Assembly (NCBI GenBank): GCA_035258345.1
Contig: DATEVU010000134.1
Coordinates: 340 to 64,339 of the forward strand
Length of the DNA stretch: 64,000 nucleotides
Reading direction: 5' to 3'
DNA from: Bacteroidales bacterium
GTDB taxonomy: Bacteria > Bacteroidota > Bacteroidia > Bacteroidales > UBA10428
Part shown: positions 58,816 to 64,000 of the stretch, in pieces
Position numbering within the stretch: position 1 is the stretch's first letter
Layout of the letters: each line of letters begins with the position of its first letter
The notes under the pieces: generated by a model
What the model saw: the letters and a program-made list of their open reading frames with translations, nothing else
Told to the model about the DNA's origin: nothing
Databases searched by the model: none
Made by a program: the position numbers and the translations under genes

Positions 58816-59568
58816 TTACCTGTCCATCCAGGCTTTAAAGGCTGCTACCCGTTCACGGCTTACCAGTATATCCTCAGGACCTTCCCAACCTTCGGATTTT
58901 ATTTTTAACCGGCTCGATGAATAGGCGACAACATCTTTGATTGCCGCATAATTGATAATAAAATTCCTGTTGACCCTGTAAAACCTTTCGGGATCAATCC
59001 ATTTTTCTGCTGTATCCAGTGAAAAATCAACTGCATATTCCTTTCCCCTGAAGGTGCCTATAAAACAGTACCGTTCTCGTATGAAAAAGCAGGCTATATC
59101 CGCTGTCTGAATTGATTTATAATGTTCTCCCACTTTGATGAGAAACCGTTCTTTTGTCTTGGTCTGCAGTTGATTGAGCAGGTTTTCAAATATTTCCGTG
59201 TAATCCTCCGTTCTAAAATATGTTTTGAACTTTTGGATGGCTGTTCTCAATGACCCGGGATCAACCGGCTTCAAAAGGTAATCGATGCTGTTTACCTTGA
59301 AAGCTTTCAGGGCGTATTCATCAAAGGCAGTTATAAAGATCACCGGTGTTCTGATCGCAACGTTTTCAAAAATCTCAAAGCATAAACCGTCTTCGAGCTG
59401 GATATCCATCAACAACAAATCGGGAGGAGAATTGCTTAGCCACCAGTTTGTAGTGTCTTCAACCGATTCAAGACGGCCGGCTATTTCAATACCGGGATCA
59501 ATTTCCCTGAGCATACGTTCCAGTTTCAGTGCAGCTGGCCGCTCATCTTCAATGATCAGAACCTTCAT
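58816..59568 (-). CDS. LytTR-family two-component response regulator
   Basis: 250 aa. MKVLIIEDERPAALKL...DLLLMDIQL...; C-terminal LytTR DNA-binding domain. Confidence 0.92.
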   Translation of the reverse strand: MKVLIIEDERPAALKLERMLREIDPGIEIAGRLESVEDTTNWWLSNSPPDLLLMDIQLEDGLCFEIFENVAIRTPVIFITAFDEYALKAFKVNSIDYLLKPVDPGSLRTAIQKFKTYFRTEDYTEIFENLLNQLQTKTKERFLIKVGEHYKSIQTADIACFFIRERYCFIGTFRGKEYAVDFSLDTAEKWIDPERFYRVNRNFIINYAAIKDVVAYSSSRLKIKSEGWEGPEDILVSRERVAAFKAWMDR

Positions 59569-60611
59569 GGTTGTGAATGAATTATCGGGATCTTTACAAC
59601 AAAAAGATTATTTTCTTCTATAATAATGAGGTCATTGCCTAAGATCAGGCGAACCCTTTCCTGGAGGTTTTTTAGTCCCTTTCGGGTGGTTTGCTCCATG
59701 ATGTTCTTTCTTTGCAGCGTATTACTCACCACAATGTAATCATTATCATATGAAATATTTATGCTTAGCGGAGAATTACGGGAATAAGAATTGTGTTTGA
59801 TGGCATTTTCCACGAGCAACTGAATGGATACTGGCAATATCTGGTATTTTTCCATGCTGGGGATGTTGATTTTCAGCGCTATTTTGTCCTCGTCCCTTGC
59901 CTGCTGCAGATTAAAATAATGTTGGACAAAACTGATTTCCTTTGCCAGTGAAATCAATCTGTTTTCCTCATTTTCAATGATATACCGGTACATATTGGAT
60001 AACGCCTGAATGTAATTGTCTGCTTTACCGGCATCCTCATACACCAGTTCCGAGAGGGTATTCAGACTGTTGAACAGAAAATGCGGATTTATCTGCGACT
60101 TGAGCGTTTGGTATTGAAATTTAAGCATTTCCTCCTGAAGTGACTGTTCTTTTTTATAGGACTTACGCCACAGGATGTAAAAAAAGACAATGGAGAAGAA
60201 AAGAAACCAGATTAGCATTTGCCTGCTGGCATAATTCAACTCATGGTAGAACAACCAGGGGGAAAAGCCATGCAAATCCTTTCCAAGGGCCAGAAACCAG
60301 ACAAATACGCCGAGACTTACAACCACATTGGCAATAATAAAAGATGAAATGAAAAATATAAGCAGTCCCGGAACTATGCGATTCATTACTTGCGGGTGCG
60401 ACATTTTTGCCGACCGGTTTACCATATAAACAGCCAGGTAACCGATGAGCGCCGACAGGACAAAAATTGTTCCGAAAGGCACCAGGGTCTCAGGTATTAA
60501 AGCTTTGCCAGTCTGGTTGTATTTCATGATCATTGCTACGATAAGGCTGAAGACAAGCAGACCGCCATGGTATAATAACCAGAATTTTGTTTTGGATGCC
60601 TTTTTCATCAT
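59565..60611 (-). CDS. LytS/2TM-type sensor histidine kinase (His_kinase domain)
   Basis: 348 aa with 4 N-terminal TM helices. LKSQINPHFLFNSLNTLSELV. Its stop overlaps the response-regulator ATG (ATGA). Confidence 0.9.
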   Translation of the reverse strand: MMKKASKTKFWLLYHGGLLVFSLIVAMIMKYNQTGKALIPETLVPFGTIFVLSALIGYLAVYMVNRSAKMSHPQVMNRIVPGLLIFFISSFIIANVVVSLGVFVWFLALGKDLHGFSPWLFYHELNYASRQMLIWFLFFSIVFFYILWRKSYKKEQSLQEEMLKFQYQTLKSQINPHFLFNSLNTLSELVYEDAGKADNYIQALSNMYRYIIENEENRLISLAKEISFVQHYFNLQQARDEDKIALKINIPSMEKYQILPVSIQLLVENAIKHNSYSRNSPLSINISYDNDYIVVSNTLQRKNIMEQTTRKGLKNLQERVRLILGNDLIIIEENNLFVVKIPIIHSQP

Positions 60612-60799
60612 TCACAAATTTAGAGGTTAATGAATTCACCCGTAAAGAAATTCGAAATATTCCGGAGAAATAAATAATTGTTGCGGAGCTGTTAAATGAT
60701 CTGTTCGAGTCGTTTGGTTTCTTTTGTTTTTATCACCAACCGATAGTATAAATCAGTAACTTTCGGTTACCAATAATATTGTGTTAAAATAATTAGGTG

Positions 60800-60994
60800 A
60801 TGAAACGGATTTTGTATGTAATGGTTATAGTACTTATGGCTCCTCAAGGTTACACCCAAACCACAGACGATTATTTCAACCGGTTGAATCCATTGGTCAG
60901 GGGTTATGACGGGGGAAGCGAAATGGCAGGGGAATATTTCAAACGCGGTACGGCAAGAATGGCTGACCGGCCTATTCCTTACCCAGCAACTTGA
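60800..60994 (+). CDS. Possible small secreted protein (64 aa)
   Basis: MKRILYVMVIVLMAPQGYTQ... is signal-peptide-like and lies in an otherwise empty 360-nt gap. Its 3' end overlaps the convergent gene by 23 nt. No recognisable family. Confidence 0.3.
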   Translation: MKRILYVMVIVLMAPQGYTQTTDDYFNRLNPLVRGYDGGSEMAGEYFKRGTARMADRPIPYPAT

Positions 60995-61646
60995 TATCCC
61001 TCACTTCAAGAATACTTTTTGCATACCCGTTCAATGAGACCCTGATCATGGCACCGGCCAGCTCTTTCAAACCTAGAACATACCTGGGAGCTATCTTTTT
61101 TATTGCATATATCAGCCAGGAAGTATACCTGTAAGTCTTATAATAGGTCTGGGTTGGTTTCAACGGCAGGAAGGGATCTATCAGGCCAGGCCGGAGATTA
61201 TACACCTTTTTGAACGGTAACTTCATCAGATCATTTTCAGTTTTTCCCTTCACACGGGCCCACATTATTCTGCCCTGTTCCGAGCTGTCAGTTCCCGCAC
61301 CGGAAATATAGCAGAATGTCATATCATGGTTGAGCTGTGCCAGTGTTTTGGCAAAATTTACCGTAAGAGAATGGGTCAACTTTGTGTATTCGGTTTCATT
61401 CCGGCCCATAGAGGATACACCCAGGCAAAAATAACAGGCATTGTACCCTTTTAACTGGGCATTCAGGGATGAAATATCCATGAAGTTGCTGTGGATAATT
61501 TCTTTCAGTTTCGGATGTGAATAGCCGGTTGGCTTCCGCGAAATGACCAGTATATTTTCCACATCTTTGTGATGGAGGCATAGGTACAGAACGCCTTCAC
61601 CTATCATTCCGGTAGCGCCGGTAATAATGACATTTAATTTGGCCAT
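60972..61646 (-). CDS. NAD(P)H-binding atypical SDR / epimerase-family protein
   Basis: 224 aa. MAKLNVIITGATGMIGEGVL. Confidence 0.8.
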   Translation of the reverse strand: MAKLNVIITGATGMIGEGVLYLCLHHKDVENILVISRKPTGYSHPKLKEIIHSNFMDISSLNAQLKGYNACYFCLGVSSMGRNETEYTKLTHSLTVNFAKTLAQLNHDMTFCYISGAGTDSSEQGRIMWARVKGKTENDLMKLPFKKVYNLRPGLIDPFLPLKPTQTYYKTYRYTSWLIYAIKKIAPRYVLGLKELAGAMIRVSLNGYAKSILEVRDIKLLGKE

Positions 61647-61656
61647 TTGATTAATT

Positions 61657-62532
61657 TTAAGGATGCTCCAAAGAATGTTTACCTATTTCCGTTTCAGGGT
61701 TATCAGATAATCTGATCCGGTCCTTCTCCAATACGATAAGTCCCTTTTTATACAGATCACCCAAGGCACTTTTGAATGTTTTTTTGCTGATGGAAAAAAG
61801 AGAATAAATCGTTCCCGGTGAAGTTTTATCTGAAATATCCGAGTACCCCCCCTGTTGTTTCAGGTATTCGATAATTTTTTCCGTATGTTCTCCCACCTTA
61901 TCATATCCTTCGGCATACAGGCTGAGATCTATTTTATTATCGGGACGTACTTTTTTTACAAATCCTTTAATACACTGTCCGGTATTAAGAGTCCGGAATA
62001 TTTCATTTGAATACAGAATACCCTGGTGGGAATTATTGATAATTGCTTTGTATCCCATATCGGTTGCTTTCCAGATAAGCAGATCGACCTGCTGACCAAC
62101 CTTGTAATCCGCAGGAACAGCGTTAAGAAATTTTTCAAGCTTTGCTGAGGCTGCGATACGGTTGCTGATTTGGTCATAGTAAACATAAACAAGATAGGAT
62201 CTGCCTTCTTCCATGTTTACTTTTTGTTGCCGAAAAGGTACCAGTAAGTCTTTCATCAGTCCCCAATCGAGAAATGCGCCAACCTGATCAACCGATTTTA
62301 CCCGCATAAGGGCAAAATCTCCTACTGTCGCATACGGTTTTTCAGTAGTTGCTATTATCCGGTCACTGGAATCGAAATACAGAAAGACATCTACATCGTC
62401 ACCGGTTTTGCATTCGTGCGGAACATATCTTTTTGGCAGTAATATTCCGCCAAGTTCAGCACCATCGAGGTATACACCAAAATCAAGTTCCTTTATCACC
62501 TTCAATTTATTTATCTTTCCTATCTCAGGCAT
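61657..62532 (-). CDS. CvfB/YitL-family S1-domain RNA-binding protein
   Basis: MPEIGKINKLKVIKELDFGVYLDG...GDFALMRVKSVDQVGAFLDWG..., with repeated S1-like modules and a C-terminal wHTH. I prefer the ATG at 62532. Confidence 0.8.
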   Translation of the reverse strand: MPEIGKINKLKVIKELDFGVYLDGAELGGILLPKRYVPHECKTGDDVDVFLYFDSSDRIIATTEKPYATVGDFALMRVKSVDQVGAFLDWGLMKDLLVPFRQQKVNMEEGRSYLVYVYYDQISNRIAASAKLEKFLNAVPADYKVGQQVDLLIWKATDMGYKAIINNSHQGILYSNEIFRTLNTGQCIKGFVKKVRPDNKIDLSLYAEGYDKVGEHTEKIIEYLKQQGGYSDISDKTSPGTIYSLFSISKKTFKSALGDLYKKGLIVLEKDRIRLSDNPETEIGKHSLEHP

Positions 62533-62674
62533 AATTCGGGGTTTACCGGACAAAGATAAGAAACATCGGCAGAACTCACGATACAACACCTGCAGGTGAA
62601 TATTTCATGCCTGTCACGGTACAATAGCATGAGGGGTTGAATTAATTATTATCTTTATCGTAATATAATTCGAC

Positions 62675-62851
62675 ATGGAAAATACTGAAAAAGTTTATCA
62701 GGCTATGCAAATAGCCGGCAAGCCGTTAAGGACAGGGCAAGTAGCAGAACTGGCCCAAATTGACAAAAAAGATGTTGAAAAGGTCATTAAAAAACTTAAT
62801 GCCGAGGGTAAGGTCTTTTCCCCGGTCAGATGCTTCTGGCAGGCGAAATAA
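62675..62851 (+). CDS. Small winged-helix DNA-binding protein (58 aa), not in the ORF track
   Basis: My own translation: MENTEKVYQAMQIAGKPLRTGQVAELAQIDKKDVEKVIKKLNAEGKVFSPVRCFWQAK*. The helix-turn-helix-wing pattern was judged by eye. Confidence 0.55.
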   Translation: MENTEKVYQAMQIAGKPLRTGQVAELAQIDKKDVEKVIKKLNAEGKVFSPVRCFWQAK

Positions 62852-62869
62852 AAGAGGTCGCGATCTCTT
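62852..62869. terminator. Near-perfect 18-bp palindrome/hairpin between convergent genes
   Basis: AAGAGGTCGCGATCTCTT. The only non-Watson-Crick position is a G-T wobble. There is no strong U tract on the + side; TTATTT follows on the - side. Confidence 0.4.
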
Positions 62870-62883
62870 GTTACAGGGGAGGG

Positions 62884-63429
62884 TCAGGGATTCTTTTCAA
62901 GCACGCCTTTCAGGTTGGCCAACCCTGTTGACAGGTCTTTCCCAACCAATTTTTCCATATCCATGAAAAGCAGCATCAGGTTCATGGGATATTTCATTTC
63001 ACTGTCAAAACCCCACCTTACGGCTGTCTGATCTGCCGATACCGATTCCGTTGTCATGTAGGACCTGGCCTGCGATTCAAACGGCCTGATAAACCGGATG
63101 ATAAAATCTATTCGTTCACCTTCTGTTATTTTTACGATCTCCTGTTCACCTTTTCCTACATTTTTGTTATTACTGTCCCAGGCGGATACAAAACCGACTG
63201 TACCGTCCGTACCGCGGTATTCTTTTTTCATGCCCGGATCCATGGTAGCCCAGACACTGAAATGATCCTGGTTTTTTAAATATTTAATATAATCGAATAC
63301 CTCCTGTCTGGATTTTCCAATGGTAATTTCATGTTCAATGGAATATGCTTTTCTTACAAACAGTGCAATAATCAGTAAGAGCGCTATTACTCCCGCAAGG
63401 ACGATCAGGATGATCAGTATTGTTTTCAT
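62884..63429 (-). CDS. Membrane-anchored SRPBCC-fold protein
   Basis: 181 aa. An N-terminal TM helix followed by a START-like domain (IEHEITIGKSRQEVFDYIKYLKNQDHF...). Confidence 0.6.
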   Translation of the reverse strand: MKTILIILIVLAGVIALLLIIALFVRKAYSIEHEITIGKSRQEVFDYIKYLKNQDHFSVWATMDPGMKKEYRGTDGTVGFVSAWDSNNKNVGKGEQEIVKITEGERIDFIIRFIRPFESQARSYMTTESVSADQTAVRWGFDSEMKYPMNLMLLFMDMEKLVGKDLSTGLANLKGVLEKNP

Positions 63430-63657
63430 ATTCAGGATGGTTTTAGATTTATACAGTGGAAGAATAACAAGGCAGATTTTTAATGGTTCAAAACCGGAAA
63501 AACAGGTATATATTCTTCATAAATCATATTATCTTTTCAGTTAACCGGAAACCAAAATTAGGCTTTTTTATCTTTTACTGAACAACATAGAAGGCTGGAA
63601 TTTTTGCAAATCATTATCTTTACTTTATTCATTTATTCCCAAAAGACCTTCCGGACC

Positions 63658-64000
63658 ATGAAAATCCTGATCTGTCCCGATAAATTCAAGGAATGCCTGA
63701 CTTCCGGAAGTGTTGCTGTGCATATCCGGAACGGAATACGCAAGGTTTTTCCGGAGGCGGAATACAAAATACTGCCATTGGCCGACGGCGGGGAAGGAAC
63801 CGCGGAAGCCCTTACTGAAGCTACCCGGGGCAGGATTGAAAATGCCCGTGTGCATGACCCGCTGATGCGGCCCATCAGTTCATTTTTCGGTGTTTCAGGT
63901 GACGGCAAAACAGCGATTATAGAAATGGCGTCAGCATCGGGACTGGCGCTCCTGAAACCGGTAGAGAGAAATCCCATGGTGGCATCCACATACGGGACCG
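63658..64000 (+). CDS. glxK: Glycerate kinase; the 5' part runs off the window end
   Basis: My own translation: MKILICPDKFKECLTSGSVAVHIRNGIRKVFPEAEYKILPLADGGEGTAEALTEATRG...TAIIEMASASGLALL...NPMVASTYGT. The minus-strand track ORFs here are antisense shadows. Confidence 0.85.
   Translation, partial: MKILICPDKFKECLTSGSVAVHIRNGIRKVFPEAEYKILPLADGGEGTAEALTEATRGRIENARVHDPLMRPISSFFGVSGDGKTAIIEMASASGLALLKPVERNPMVASTYGT

Noticed and set aside
63658-64000. Glycerate kinase as supporting evidence for a glucosylglycerate role of the 43.8-49.2 kb cluster
   Set aside because: It lies 14 kb away and is separated by more than 15 unrelated genes on both strands. There is no operonic or regulatory link, so it carries no weight.
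1-64000. CRISPR arrays, transposases, integrases, prophage or toxin-antitoxin/defence modules
   Set aside because: None found. The only repeats have 7-9-nt periods without spacers, and no ORF shows nuclease, recombinase or phage-structural signatures.

Overview
This 64-kb window reads as a chromosomal segment of a Bacteroidota genome. The taxon call rests on a T9SS type-B C-terminal sorting domain, a DUF5686 remnant, an S46 dipeptidyl-peptidase, several exact TAnnTTTG -7 boxes, no obvious Shine-Dalgarno sites, and many ATGA/TAATG gene junctions. Most of the window is housekeeping: waaA (partial), tandem Mn-type and Fe-type SODs, thyA-folA, tRNA-His, rpmE2, lon, coaD, pyrE, birA, rsfS-ftsH-cdsA-psd, kbl-tdh, a ROK regulator with a long NagB fusion, ppiD-CBS protein-lptC-coaX, rnhB, rnhA, and glxK (partial). 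I saw no transposase, integrase, CRISPR array or recognisable defence genes. The most interesting block is 43.8-49.2 kb. It is a tightly coupled four-gene unit: two paralogous GT-B (EX7E) glycosyltransferases, an atypical HAD protein (DxYGT), and a long-form GH13_18 sucrose-phosphorylase-family enzyme. It does not look like any canonical glucosylglycerate, glucosylglycerol or sucrose synthesis cluster, and may be an undescribed glycoside synthesis and phosphorolysis module. Other points are listed here. (1) Localised gene decay at 52.6-58.7 kb: a GH5 with its catalytic core deleted in frame, a 45-aa GNAT minigene, and a DUF5686 remnant. (2) A family of 7-8-nt-period tandem repeats sitting on stop codons and in intergenic spacers. 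(3) A perfect 25-bp palindrome in front of the ROK/NagB operon. (4) A tRNA-His with two adjacent acceptor-stem mismatches. (5) Two small ORFs of 35 and 58 aa that are below the ORF-track cutoff. All functional calls come from reading the translations by eye; no database search was run.
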